DNA from: Macrostomum lignano
Taxonomy: Eukaryota
Length of the DNA stretch: 64,000 nucleotides
NCBI GenBank assembly: GCA_002269645.1
Contig: NIVC01002779.1
Span: 62,001 to 126,000 of the forward strand
Direction of reading: 5' to 3'
This document shows positions 28,386-40,880 of the stretch, in pieces. The notes under the pieces are model-generated. The model was not told the DNA's origin, did not search any database, and saw nothing but the letters and a program-made list of their open reading frames with translations. The number at the start of each line of letters is the position of its first letter. Positions within the stretch are counted from its first letter, which is position 1. A program made the translations under genes and the position numbers.

Positions 28386-31300
28386 CTCTAGAATATTGGT
28401 TCTAAGGCCTATTTACTAGCAACAGAAAAGCATTCGACCTTGCCCATGCTTGGGCGGAACCTATGGATTCACCCGGCCATTTCTATTGGCAACACACACA
28501 TGTAAGTTGCTATTGGAACGGCTCAATAGAAACAGCCAGGTGATTCCCAAGGTTGCGCATGTATGTTGCCAAAATCAAAATTTCAACCTACTAGTATGAG
28601 GGATATCTAAAAAATTTCTGGACTGAGGTCCCCATTTTTACAGGAAGAATGCTCAAGCCAGCTGAAATATGTATGTCAGTTTAAATTTGGTTTTGGCAAG
28701 TGTGTTAAATTTGGCAGCCTAGCCAAACCTAGCAGTCAGTCACTATGCCTTGACAGAAACTGCCTTGCAGGCTCTGACTTAGACTTTTTATTGGGGGGGG
28801 GCAATTTTGGCAGCACCATTAAAACTGCCATTTGCTAAGAAGCATTGGAAAAATGCCTAGTGCGCATCTATTGCAGCAAGACTAACACATTTGCCAAAAC
28901 CAAAGTTGAAATGGTATATTTAGATACAATTTTAACTACAAAGTTGTTCAATAACAAAATACTGGAATAATCAGTTAAATAGATAAAAACTATGTGCAAT
29001 CTTATGGCAAAACTCAACATTTTAATACAATTTCTATAGTTGGATCAACATGATACTAATGTAACCATAGACCACAGAAATCATATTAACAAACTGAACT
29101 TTGCTAGGAGATTGTTCATAACTTATATCTTCTGAAATTCTTTTTTTAATATTTTATTATTATTAAGCATAGTTATGTATTTGAATTGAATTTGTAGGGC
29201 CTATATTATAGGATGCTAAAAAATTTTTTAATAAATTAATATGCAAGTTTTACTAGGAAATTATGTTTTTATTAAAAATATATAGACTAAATCACAATGT
29301 CTAAAGTTATAAAAGGGAATATAAATACAAGCAATTTTTGTAAGAAAAAAGCAATTAGTCCCTTTGTAAGAATTAAATTTGTTAGTCCTAGCTCTAATAA
29401 AAAAGGTTTAAATATTATTCAAATTTATAGAGCTAGTTACTAAGATTATCTAGACTAATATATATATATATATATATATTTGTCTATATAATTGTAAAGG
29501 CTCAATTAATTGCGAATGGAAAAAAGCTTAGGCTTCTACTTAGCCTTGCATGCTATTATATATTGTGATTGATTGATATGCAATACAATGTATATAATGC
29601 TAGAAGGGCCACAGTTCAAGCCAATTGGCTGCAGAGGAGAGAAAAACTGAATAGGATGGGGGTTTGAATATTGCAAGGGCCAAAGAGTTAAGTTGGCTGG
29701 TAGGAAAAAGAGTACATTGAACAGTGGGGCTGACAAGAGCACGCAGTGCATGGGGACAGCTCACAATAATACTATTAAGTATACTAAATGATCCAGAGTG
29801 TGGTGGACTATAAGGTTGAATATTCCTGGACTTCAAAGACTTCTTATTTGTGTTGTATCTTGATTATAATATTGTTCTACTAGTGTATGTCTTATACATC
29901 AAATTATGCTAAAGATTGCATATGCATTATATATAAATATCTGCTTTGCTTGCACTAGTATATAACAAAATATTAATCAGGATGTGAGAAAAGGTCTTAA
30001 AAATCTAGAATATTTATCTAGATCAAAACTTCTTCTCTCTGTGTGTGTTAGTGTGTGTAGTGTGTGTTAGATATTTGTGTTAGCAATTTCACCAGACAAA
30101 TAGCAAAAAGGCTATTCCATATATATTTAAATATGTATATGGCAGTTGTTATTTGTCTAGTGACTAGATATATAGGGGGGCCTATATATAACATTTCAAA
30201 AAGCTACTAATGTTGAAAGTATTAAGGAATATAGGCCTACAAAAGATTCTACAACATAATATTCAAATATATAAATGGGATAATCTGGTGACTTGTAGTC
30301 TATGCTATAAAGGTGATTATATTTTACAAGGCTTCTAGTTTGTAGTTGTATGTATAGGCCTACTAAAATTTTTATGTTTAATATAACTTTTATGAAGTAA
30401 TTTTAAAGCACATTTTAGCTTAAGGTTAATTTACATAAAAAATTAATTCTAGCTTTATTATTTATATTTATATTGTACCTTAAAAACTTTTTATCAAAAC
30501 TGTTTTTATTTGTGGTTAATTTATAAAGTTTTGTAAGTGGCATTGGAACAGCTCTAACTTTAAGCGATTTACGAATTAAAAACATTGTGTGACTCTGCTC
30601 TGACTTTGTTTCGTCTGGCGCATATTCAAATGACAAACAACATTAGCATTTACCTATTTTCCTAAAAACTTAGTGCTCAATTTCATCACGATAAAACGTA
30701 AAACAGCAAAACTGTTAATGGGTTTTCTTTGAAATGTGCCATTCAAAATATAACACTAACACTAAACGATTAAACATGCTAAGGCATATGTATTAGTTTT
30801 TCCTTATAATATTTTTATGTAAATTAATAACAATTTTTTATTTCATTTTGTGTTACAAAAATTGCCTAAATTCCCTTTGTTAATATTTACTTTTCGGAAT
30901 GAAATTATCACCCAATTATATAGCAAACATAATCTAAAAATCTACTTTTCACATTTTAACACCAGATAAATCTAATTGAAGATAATATTCATTCCATACG
31001 GGGGGTGTGCAACAGTACTCGGAACACTCACAGTCTACTGTCAAAGAATGGGCTAGCCAAAAAGAACTGTAGTTTGCCAGACTGCGACTGCAACAACCAG
31101 CAGTCGTGGCCCAGATAAAAATCGTGGCCCCGTCACTTGTTCAAAAGATATCATTCTTCGTACATTAATTTCGTACATGTAATTTCTCGAGTCGGCAGCA
31201 GCACAGAATATTATGGAGGTTATTCTTTTTACTAAAATGAAGTTTTACTCAAAAGTCCATTAAAAATCACATGCAATTTAGGTGTAATCGATGATTTTTT

Positions 31301-32455
31301 ACCGACCATCACGACTGATACTTTATTTGAAGATATTACATATACATAATAAATCTGCTTTATAAGTACACTAAGCTTTAGTAACGAAACAGGCGTGACT
31401 ATTCATAACTGGATACAATTATGCACACTTCTTAGGTTTTTCTTTTCGTAACTGAATAATTATAGACAAAAAATTGCCTAGTAAAAAGCGATAATAAGAT
31501 CTCATTACTAAGGGTTTCGAAATAAAGACGCTGACAGCATACAGAGGGATTACACGATGAGATTGGTCATAAAACGATCGGTCAGGATGAAAATAGCTAA
31601 AATATAATAAGCGGCAATATACTTATACATTAGCAATTCACCATATTTATTCATACATTAACAAACAATTGCCATAGCAACTATTACGCTTGACACCTGG
31701 AAATGAAATACAAACACAAACGTGGATTTTTCAAATCATCGCGCAGACGAATGAGCTTCATGGGCGTCTTATTGAATGCACTAAAATGCTTTGGTACGCC
31801 TTAATGAATATTGACCGGTTTAATTTAACCGGGGTAACACCGCGCCTCTATTAAACTGTGTACAAATATAGTATACAAAGGTGAAAACTTAAATTGCCGC
31901 ATAAAAATATTATTATTACATAAATAGTGCCTTAAATCGCTTGCCAGCTACAAGGAAACACGAAAAGTGTTTTATACGACGCAAGTGGCAACAGTTAGTA
32001 CAGTAGAAAGTGCACATGGGTCACTCACCTAGGGCAACACATTGACAACGCATATTGTACAACTGGTGTTATGCAATGCTACTATAAGTATAGTAAACAT
32101 AATTTTTATTACCGCGATTTTTTGTTATAAAGAAAGGATGCATCAGAATGGCTACAACCAGGAGTAACTGTGAAAGTCATTTCAATACAGAAATAAGCAG
32201 TAAAACAGTGCACTTCCACTCGCTATACTCCAACATAGAATCGGGGAGTAAAATAGAAAAACCAATTTAACAGGGACAGTCCGAATGCAAGTAGTATATA
32301 GCGGACAATGGGGTAATTTTTCTGCAATCTGGTACTTAGAGACAGGAGAGCGGGAGCACAGTCTGGGAGTAACGCCAATACCAGTTGCTAGGGATTAAAG
32401 CTGCACACATATCTAGATAGCGATACAGGTAGTTATGGCAATAATTTTCATCGGG

Positions 32456-35400
32456 CTAGGAGGCCTCCGCGTCAAGGCTGAGGGCCGGACGCTTAGCCGC
32501 CTGTGCGCCAACGTCTGTGTCGCCGTCTGGACCGACGCTGTCGGTGGTGGCTGCCGACTCCACCGAGGCAGAATTGGCGGCGTCAACCGCGGAGACAACG
32601 GCTGTAGGACTGTGGGGCCTCTTGGACTGCGCCTGGGCCGAAGAAGACGAAGGACTGTCATCACCGCTAGCGGCGGCCTGCGCCGACGACTGCCTGGACG
32701 GCTGCGGGGGCTTCGACTGCTGAGCCGACTGCTTGTCCGCGCCGCCTGTGCGGGTGGAGGACCAGGGGATGTAGAAATGTTAGGTGTCCCCAACTCAAGC
32801 TGGGTGTCCCCGACTCAAGCTGGGTGTCCTCGACTCAAGCTGGGTGTCCCCGACTCAAGCTGGGTGTCCCCGACTCAAGCTGGGTGTCCCCGACTCAAGC
32901 TGGGTGTCCCCGACTCAAGCTGGGTGTCCCCGACTCAAGCTGGGTGTCCCCGACTCAAGCTGGGTGTCCCCGACTCAAGCTGGGTGTCCCCGACTCAAGC
33001 TGGGTGTCCCCGACTCAAGCTGGGCTTCCCTGACTCAACCCGGGTGTCCCCGACTCAAGCTGGGTGTCCCTGACTCAAGCTGGGTGTCCCCGACTCAAGC
33101 TGGGTGTCCCCGACTCAAGCTGGGTGTCCCCGACTCAAGCTGGGTGTCCCCGACTCAAGCTGGGTGTCCCCGACTCAAGCTGGGTGTCCCCGACTCAAGC
33201 TGGGCTTCCCTGACTCAACCCGGGTGTCCCCGACTCAAGCTGGGTGTCCCTGACTCAAGCTGGGTGTCCCCGACTCAAGCTGGGCTTCCCTGACTCAACC
33301 CGGATGTCCCCGACTCAAGCTGGGTGTCCCTGACTCAACCCGGGTGTCCCTGACTCAAGCTTGGTGTCTCTGACTCAAGCTGGGTGTCTCTGACTCAAGC
33401 TGGGTGTCTCTGACTCAAGCTGGGTGTCCCTGACTCAAGCTGGGTGTCCCTGACTCAAGCTGGGTGTCCCTGACTCAAGCTGGGTGTCTCTGACTCAACT
33501 GGCAATCTGATTTCCAATCACCCTCCAGCGCAGTCACTTACCAGCTTTAGACGCATGCTTTCTAATTAGAAGCGGGTGCTCAGACTTGGGAAGAAACTGC
33601 ATTAGACCCTTCGGCCTCGAGTACTCAACGTTCAGGTGAAGCTGCGAACTGGCAGTCATGCTATTGATTTGTTTAATAAAATTAGAAATATCATAGGTGA
33701 GATCAACGTTAAGCTTCTTGCCAGCATCGGCAATCTTGCGAAACATGATGCCAATAATCCATTTGCTGACGTGCTGCGGGTCGGAGTCGCTGGACCGGCC
33801 GTAGCTCTTTGTGTTGACGTGAGCCCTGGCTATGGCGCCGTTTTGCTCAAACGACAGCACCAGCTTGCGCAGCTGGGACTCAACCAGACCGTGAAAGTCC
33901 AAGTGGAGCTCTGCAGTGTCGCTCGAGGCAATTACGATAACGAAATGCTTGTAGCTTTCAAAGAAATTCTTAGACTGCAACAGGTCCTCCCAGGTTTTGC
34001 GTTTGAATAGAATGTCGCTAGTGATCTGACGGCCGCGCTCCAGTTCGTCCAGTATGACCTGCTTAGTAGAGTGGCTCACGTTGTACGTTGAATTCTGGCG
34101 CGGATACACCGGCGTGATGATGGGCATTAGGTGGTATTTGTCTTTCAAATTGGTGCGCGGATCCCATTCGGGAAAGTGCAAATTAGGAGGCGTCAGTTCG
34201 CACAGCTCCACCGGCTTGGGCCAATCCCAGCGAGTTAGGACATAGAAGAAGCGCATTATGAGCACGTTTGGCGCGGCGTTGGGATAGAGCTGGGCAATGC
34301 GAGCCAGCAGGATGGCCCAGCTGACGCCGCCGAGGAAGCCCATCGCGTTGCTGTAGATGCCGCGCTTCTTGGCCCAGATACGAATTACTTTTAGGGCGAC
34401 GCGGAAGTTCTCCGGATTCGGCACCTGATTGGCAGGGGAAGAGGAAGGAAAGGGTTTCTGACTCAGCTCGGCACCTGATTGGCCGAGAGAAGGCAGGGGG
34501 AGAGGAAGAGGTTGCTGACTAAATTCGGCACCTGATTGGTGAATAGGGAGGAGAGGAAAGGGTTTCTGACTCAGCTCGGCACCTGATTGGCCGAGAGAAG
34601 GCAGGGGGAGAGGAAGAGGTTGCTGACTAAATTCGGCACCTGATTGGTGAATAGGGAGGAGAGGAAAGGATTGCTGACTGAGCTCGGCACCTGATAGGAG
34701 GAGCGGGCGGAGGGAAAGAAAAGGGTTGCTGACACCTGATTGACGGAGAGCGGACAGGAGGGAGAGAAAAGGGTTGCTGACACCTGATTGACGGAGAGAG
34801 GGCAGGGGAGAGAAAAGGATTGCTGACACCTGATTGGCGGAGAGCGGGCAGGGGGAAGAAAGGCTTGCTGACACCTGATTGGCAAAGAGCAGACAGGGGA
34901 AGGAAAGGGTTGCTGACTCAGCTCGGCACCTAATTGGCGGAGAGCGGTCAGGGGAGAGAAAAGGGTTGCTGACTAAGCTTGGCACCTGATTGGCGGAGAG
35001 CGGGCAGGGGGAGAGGAAAGGGTTGCTGACTCAGCTCGGCACCTGATTGGAGAGCAAGCAAGCGCCCATAAGCAAACCTGATGCAGGATCTCATCGGTGA
35101 CCCGGCAGCCATTGATAGATCTGACGCACTGCTCGTCCATATTGCGCAGCAGAGTCTCTGTGTTGGCTCGAAGGTCAATATCATCCGGAATGGTTGGCAG
35201 GTCTAGCTTGGCAAATAGCAGATCGATGTCAACTGAGCGGAAAGTCATCTTGATGACTGGCACGAAAGCGTCGCTGACGGCGTGCAGCTCGGAACAGTCC
35301 GGGTGCTCCTTCAGGCGGGCTGGGAACTGTTCGAAGAATTCGTGTCGCTCAACGAACCGAGGCGAGACTAGCACAGCGTCAACGTCGGCGCCGCGGCTGT

Positions 35401-37387
35401 TGACGCCGAGGCGGTAGCTACCGAATGCGAATATCTTGCCGCCAACCTGGTGCAAACAAAATATGAAGACCAGTCTCAAAACATACTTACGGCAATATTA
35501 GTAGAGAATTGATTTGTACAGTATAAACAAATAATAAAATATGAGCGACATGCGCAATCTCGAACATGAGAACCTCAAAGAACGTGACTACTATTCTGTC
35601 TAATAGCGACTTACGTGTGTTGCCGATAGAAACGGCCGGGTGAATCCCTAGTTTGCACCCAAGCATGAGTAATAATAATAATTGATTACACCTGCCCCAA
35701 TGGGCAGATATGCAACCGACAGCTCAGCCGCATCTATCATTTTTAAAATGATACCGTGACAAAAGTCGCTAAAGTCTCTAATGACTCTAGTGTGCCTGGG
35801 GCGACTCTTGTGACTTTTTAACAACTCAAGCGCGTCAAATGCGACGGAGAGGCGGCTGTTGCACTTCTGAGTCGATGAGCATGCGTTTTCTATTTGCTCA
35901 GAAATGACGATCCAGCAGTATATTTAAGGCCGGTAGTAACGACTCTGTAACGCACCAGAACGCCTCAGAAGTGATGCACTAACGATTCTACAGTGACGCT
36001 AAAGCGCTTCTTCTGCGACTTTTTAGAGACTGCAGACGCCGCTGAAAAGCTGGAAATTCGACTCTAATTCATCAAGCGACGTAAATGCGCTTCAAACACA
36101 ACTCAGTGACTCTAATGGGACTCTGGAACGCCTCAAATACGACTTTACGGCCCCAGAATCGTTATACCATCGCCCCAGAGTCGCTAGAGTCACGCCAGAA
36201 TCCTGTCAGAGTCGCAGACAATAAAACACTTCAAAGTGATTTTGGGGAGACTCTTTTACAACTTTTTGGCAACTTGTACCGTGACATGTCGTCGTTTTAG
36301 AGTCGTTTAGAATCACTTCTTTCCTATTTGACCTATGTCGAGGGGGCCGTAGCCCAGCGGTAGCGCAGCTGCTCTGGTGTGCCAGCGACCCAGGCTCGAT
36401 TCCAAGTGCAGTCACATTAATTTGGGGCTGAATTGGAATCTCGGCTTGGCTCTGCTCGTGCAATTAACGGCCTTGAGAGCCACCCCCCAAGGCGCAGTGA
36501 AGTGTACATGCCTAACGATAAATAAAGTTAGGGCCGCTGTACACTCCTGTATGAGTGTGTGCCTGCGTACGTATCCGCGCGCTTGTATGCCTGCTCAGGG
36601 GAGTCGGCGGAATGGGCAGCAATGCCTCTCGCCGGTTGTGTGCCAATGTCGCTTAAAGTGCGCCAGGGTGCACACAACCCCCCTGCCTCTAATAAAAAAA
36701 TTACCATGTCATCTGCAACGCGTCTGAAAAGACTCTGGAGCGACGCAAGTGACTCCGGGGCGCTTCTTGGACTTGGTACCGTTTTCATCAAGTATTGCGC
36801 GGCGCATTTGAAGGCTGCGTACGGCTGTTCAGTCCAAGGACTGGGGGGGTCGCCATCGCCAAACACAGCCTCAATTACCTCAGCTAATGCTGGCACCCAT
36901 TTTACAGCTGGGTGAACTGAAGCAATGCAGAGTTATGCGTCTCGCTCAAGGACACAAATTGTTCCAGTGGGATCGGGAATCGAACCCCCGACCTTCAAGT
37001 CGTGAGTCCATCGTTTAAAACGCAAAAAAATCAGTTTAAGTCGATGCACAAACAAATGTGTATTTATGGCTCAAGCAAAGCGCTGGCTGTGCTTTCGGGT
37101 TTCAAAATGAAAGGCGGCCGCAATTCTCACAGTTTCAGCCACGTGACTCGGTATGGACTTGATCAGTGCAATCTCTCGAATCCATTCGCACGCCAGAGTC
37201 TGCAGGAACAGCAGAGTGCTGCTTCTCAGCATCATGCCTTCTCCGCTCTCGAATACCTCCATGCGGATTAGCATGTCCTCCAGGTATCTGGTCTCCTTCA
37301 GGTCATCCTCAGTGGGTCCCGCCAGGCTTAGAGGAGATGTAACACCCGGTAGAGCCGGCTCTGCTGCTGCTGAGATGTGTCTTCCAT
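32456..37387 (-). CDS. PAPOLA: Canonical nuclear poly(A) polymerase
   Basis: Exons ~37387-37131, 35446-35078, 34424-33542, 32745-32456 (TAG), GT-AG. Motifs GVTSPLSLAGP, EWIREI, GGKIFAFGSYRLG, GADVD (two catalytic Asp), VDIDLLFA (third Asp), SINGCRVTDEIL, IYSNAMGFLGGVSWA, YHLMPIITPVYPRQNSTYNVS; Ser/Ala-rich tail with KRPHSP and AKRP. The ATG at 37387 is out of frame with GVTSP (see findings). AATAAA on the - strand at 32105-32110. Confidence 0.92.
32782..33500. repeat. 20-bp intronic minisatellite (GGGTGTCCCCGACTCAAGCT)
   Basis: Fills PAP intron 32746-33541. Confidence 0.95.
34425..35050 (-). repeat. Intronic array of ~47-58-bp units, each a pyrimidine tract plus CCAATCAG|GTGYC copy of the downstream PAP exon junction
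   Basis: 12 CACCT(G/A)AT motifs on the + strand upstream (in transcript sense) of the true acceptor at 34425. Confidence 0.9.
36342..36530 (+). mobile_element. tRNA-derived SINE-like element or tRNA pseudogene in PAP intron 1
   Basis: GGGGCCGTAGCCCAGCGGTAG (A-box-like), GGCTCGATTCC (B-box, one mismatch), no clean cloverleaf, A-rich end AATAAATAAAG. Confidence 0.6.
36840..37022 (-). mobile_element. tRNA-derived SINE with CORE-like domain
   Basis: On the - strand: B-box GGTTCGATTCCC followed by TGTGTCCTTGAGCGAGACGCATAACTC...GCTTCAGTTCACCCAGCTGTAAAATGGG, resembling the MIR CORE (TGTGACCTTGGGCAAGTCACTTAACCTC...CCTCAGTTTCCTCATCTGTAAAATGGG). 5' end degraded; 3' boundary uncertain. Confidence 0.65.
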
Positions 37388-38186
37388 AGCTAAGATGCTG
37401 CTTTGGAGAGAACTGGGTGAATACTGGCTGATTAGCCAATAGAAGCAGCAGGTCAGGCGCAGAACAATAGCAGGTTTTTCACTGTTTCAAGCATAAAAGC
37501 AGAGCCAGTTGACAGAAATTTTTAAACAGAGATCAACCTAAGACAATCATCAAATTTTATTAGCTCTGTGCCAACACTTTATTTATAGTAACAGAATATA
37601 TTTTACTTAATGGGGCATACTACTCTTCAACAGTACATATTGTGCCATTTTGTGAAGTATAAAGTCCATATACTAAAAATGAAAATTTTGTTTGTACGCA
37701 ATCGATTATCAACATATTTTCCTTACTTTTTATACATGGCCAAATACTTTGCTAGACTGTAATTATTTGATATGTTTCAGCTTCAGATTATAAATTTGGC
37801 AAAAAAGTTAGAGCATTTAATGCATAAAATGATAGACAAAAATTGGTATAAAATGCATGATAAATTAGGATTTGAAACCTTTGAAACTTTTCTCCTTTCC
37901 TAACTCTTCTTTCCTCTCTACTCTTGCTACTTTCCTCTATTATCTCTCCTCCCTATTTTCTTTTCTCCTCTCATGTATTATCTTGTCTTCTCTTTCCTCT
38001 CTTTTCTCCTCTCTTTTCTCCTCTCTTTTCTCTCCTCTCTACTTTCCATTCCTCTTTTTTTTTCCTTTTTTACACATTTTTCAAAAGCATTTAAATTTTA
38101 AAGTTCCAGATAAGAATCTGATAAGGTTTGCATATTTACTTGTGCTGTTATATAAAACAGCAATATATAATGCAAATTGTATTGAG

Positions 38187-39338
38187 TCATCGAGGAGGCG
38201 CGCACACGCCAGCCAAGCCTGATTGTGGTCTTCGTCGACTTCAGGAAGGCTTTCGACTCGGTTGCCAGAAGCGCGCTTCCACTGGTGCTCAGAGCGTACA
38301 ACGTGCCGCAGCAACTAGTCAGTGCTACGATGGCGCTGTACCAGAACACCAGAGCTGCGGTGGTGACGCCAGACGGCCTCTCGGACACCTTCGACACGTC
38401 ATCCGGAGTGCTCCAGGGGGACACGCTGGCGCCCTTCCTATTTGTACTGGTTCTGGACTGGGTGCTGCGGACTGCCCTACCAACAGCCGACGATGGCTTC
38501 CTCCTGCAACGCCGTAGGGCCGCCGCAAGCCAGAGCGTCGCCTCAGCATCCTGGGCTACGCCGATGATCTCGCCCTGCTGTCCTCAACCGACGAGGGCGC
38601 CCAACGTCAGCTGGACCGTCTGGTTGGCGTTGCTGCGAGCGTCGGCCTGGTGATCAACACGCAAAAGACCGTCGTGCTCACCATGCCCACCAACATGCAA
38701 GCCGACATCTACTGCCGAGGTGCTGATGGGCAGGCAACGCTGCTGCCGCGCGTTCAGCAGTTCGTGACCTCGGCGGCCTGGTACCTGACGCCTTCGACGA
38801 CCTGAGGCGTCGCCATGGACTCGCTTGGGCGGCCTTCAACTCCATGAGGACCGTCCTGCACTCTGTGGCCCTGCCAGACCGCCAGCGCTCGGCGTTGTTC
38901 CAGGCGGTGATCGAGACCGTCCTGCTCTACAACGCTGAAACATGGACGCTGACGGAGACGCTCGAGCGACAGGTCGACGCGGCGCACGCCGGACTGCTGC
39001 GCGCTGCCTTCAAGATCGGCGGCGGCGAGCATGTCACCAATGCGGCACTGTACGCCCGAGCTCGATCTGCTCCGCCGCCGGCGGCTCCAGCTGGCAGGCC
39101 ACCTCATCCGCGCTGAGGTGTACTGCCCCGAGCCGGCGCAGGAAGCGCTGCTGCTTGCGCTCCCGGCGCCCTTCTGGCGGGGGCAGGCGCGCACTCGGTG
39201 GTATCCGGACTGCCTGCTGGCCGATGCTGGCGCCCCCGACCAGGCCGGTGGACCGGACTTTCTCCGCTCCCGTGCTCTGAGACGCGACCTGTGACGCCCA
39301 ACACCGACCCTGGGGCGTAACTTGTTGTTGTTGTTGTT
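38187..39338 (+). mobile_element. 5'-truncated, frameshifted non-LTR retrotransposon (RTE-like) reverse-transcriptase fragment
   Basis: VFVDFRKAFDSV, GVLQGDTLAPFLF, LGYADDLALL (different frame, 38551-38580), VLLYNAETWTL, LQLAGHLIR; at least three frame breaks; (TTG)n tail at ~39320-39338. Confidence 0.9.
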
Positions 39339-40109
39339 ATAACAAAAAACACTAAATTTTTATCACTGCAACATGTATAGGGGTATGCTATTTTACCCAA
39401 CTTATTTCTATATTGATTTTAAATGAAAAATAAAAAATAGAGCTATCTTTTTTACTTTTTCAAAATAAAAAACTAGGACCTATAACTTACCATAGGAATT
39501 TGCATATATTTTTATGATATCAATTTTAGTAAGCAACAAGTTCTAGGCAAAGCTTTTTATACCATATATAATCATTTTGTATAGGAAATCAAATGGAAAA
39601 TTGAAAACCATGCCAAAACCAGCAAAATACAAAAATGCTTTGATTTTTAATGGCTAAAAATATTAACTAAAATTTAAAAAAATATTTTTTTCATTATCAA
39701 AATGTTTTAAATAGTAAATTTAATATAAAATAGTTTTTTTTAATTGTTTAAACTCTGTTTACTATATTTCTATACAAAAAATCAATTTTTTATTTTTATA
39801 GTACCCTTTTTTATGAATTTGGACTCAATTTCTAGTTTTAAATAAAAAATATGTTTAGTTTAAAAAAATTAACTTTTTAACCAATAAACCAATCTATTTA
39901 TATAATACATTGTTAGATAATTAGCTTATTAAGTTATTTCTTTTTCTTAGTTATACTTATTGAGGTTATTTTTTAACTAGAAAATGTGTATTATTTTACT
40001 TTTTTATTTTCACATTTCTGTCTCAGTAAACTCACTAATTTAACTTTGCAGGATGAAAGAAATGTCTTGTAGCTTTCTCTTCCCTTTTATTATCTAAATG
40101 TCATGTCAT

Positions 40110-40880
40110 TCATAGTCCGAATCATGCTAGGTGCAAGCTTAAACAAAAATTAAATAATAATTACAAATGCACACCAAAAAATGTATATATATATAGACCC
40201 ATTCACAAAACTATATCAGTGTTGCAACAATAAATGAACTTTTTTGAATTGTGTAAAAGAACCTTTTGGCAGATAATTTGGTTTGTTTTTCTGATTTTTC
40301 AGTGATACTATTTATAATAAAAAATTGATACATACAAAGATTTGTTTAAATGCCTTATTATAAGCTTAAAAATCTAGAAAGGTTGAAAATAAAGCTTTAA
40401 TTTTCTTTATCTTTTTTCTACTTAACACTTACTCTTCTATGTGATTCTATTAAGTGCACGCAAGATGTGCATGCATACAATTCCATAGTCTGAATCATGC
40501 TAGGTGCACACTTAAACAAAAATTAAATAATTACAAATACATACCAAAAAAACTTGCATGCATGCCTATTCCCAAAACTACGCTAGTGTTGCCACAATAA
40601 ATGACCTTTTTTACATTGTGACAATAAATGAACTTTTTTGAATTATGTATTAGACTTTTTGGCTTGGCATATAATTTCATTGATTTTTATAGTTTTTCAA
40701 TGATACTAATTATAGCAGAAAATAAATATGTAAAAATTTGTGTAAATACTTTATAATAAGCTTAAAAGACTATAAAACTTGAAATTTATGCCTTTAAATG
40801 AACTTTTTTATCTATTTTTCTACTTAATACTAATTCTACCACATGATTCTATAAAGTGCATGCCACAATGCCAGGTGTGC
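40110..40880. repeat. Diverged ~375-400-bp tandem duplication in an AT-rich block
   Basis: CATAGTC(C/T)GAATCATGCTAGGTGCA at 40110 and 40484; shared AATAAATGAACTTTTTTGAATT and ATAAGCTTAAAA blocks downstream of each. Confidence 0.75.

Noticed and set aside
28500-32400. AT-rich block as possible horizontally acquired, organellar or bacterial DNA
   Set aside because: No long ORFs, rRNA/tRNA or operon-like structure; it grades into the PAP 3' UTR and resembles the other AT-rich spacers.
36528-36896. 122-aa minus-strand ORF in PAP intron 1
   Set aside because: Overlaps the SINE tail, has no recognisable domain and is not needed for the PAP reading frame.
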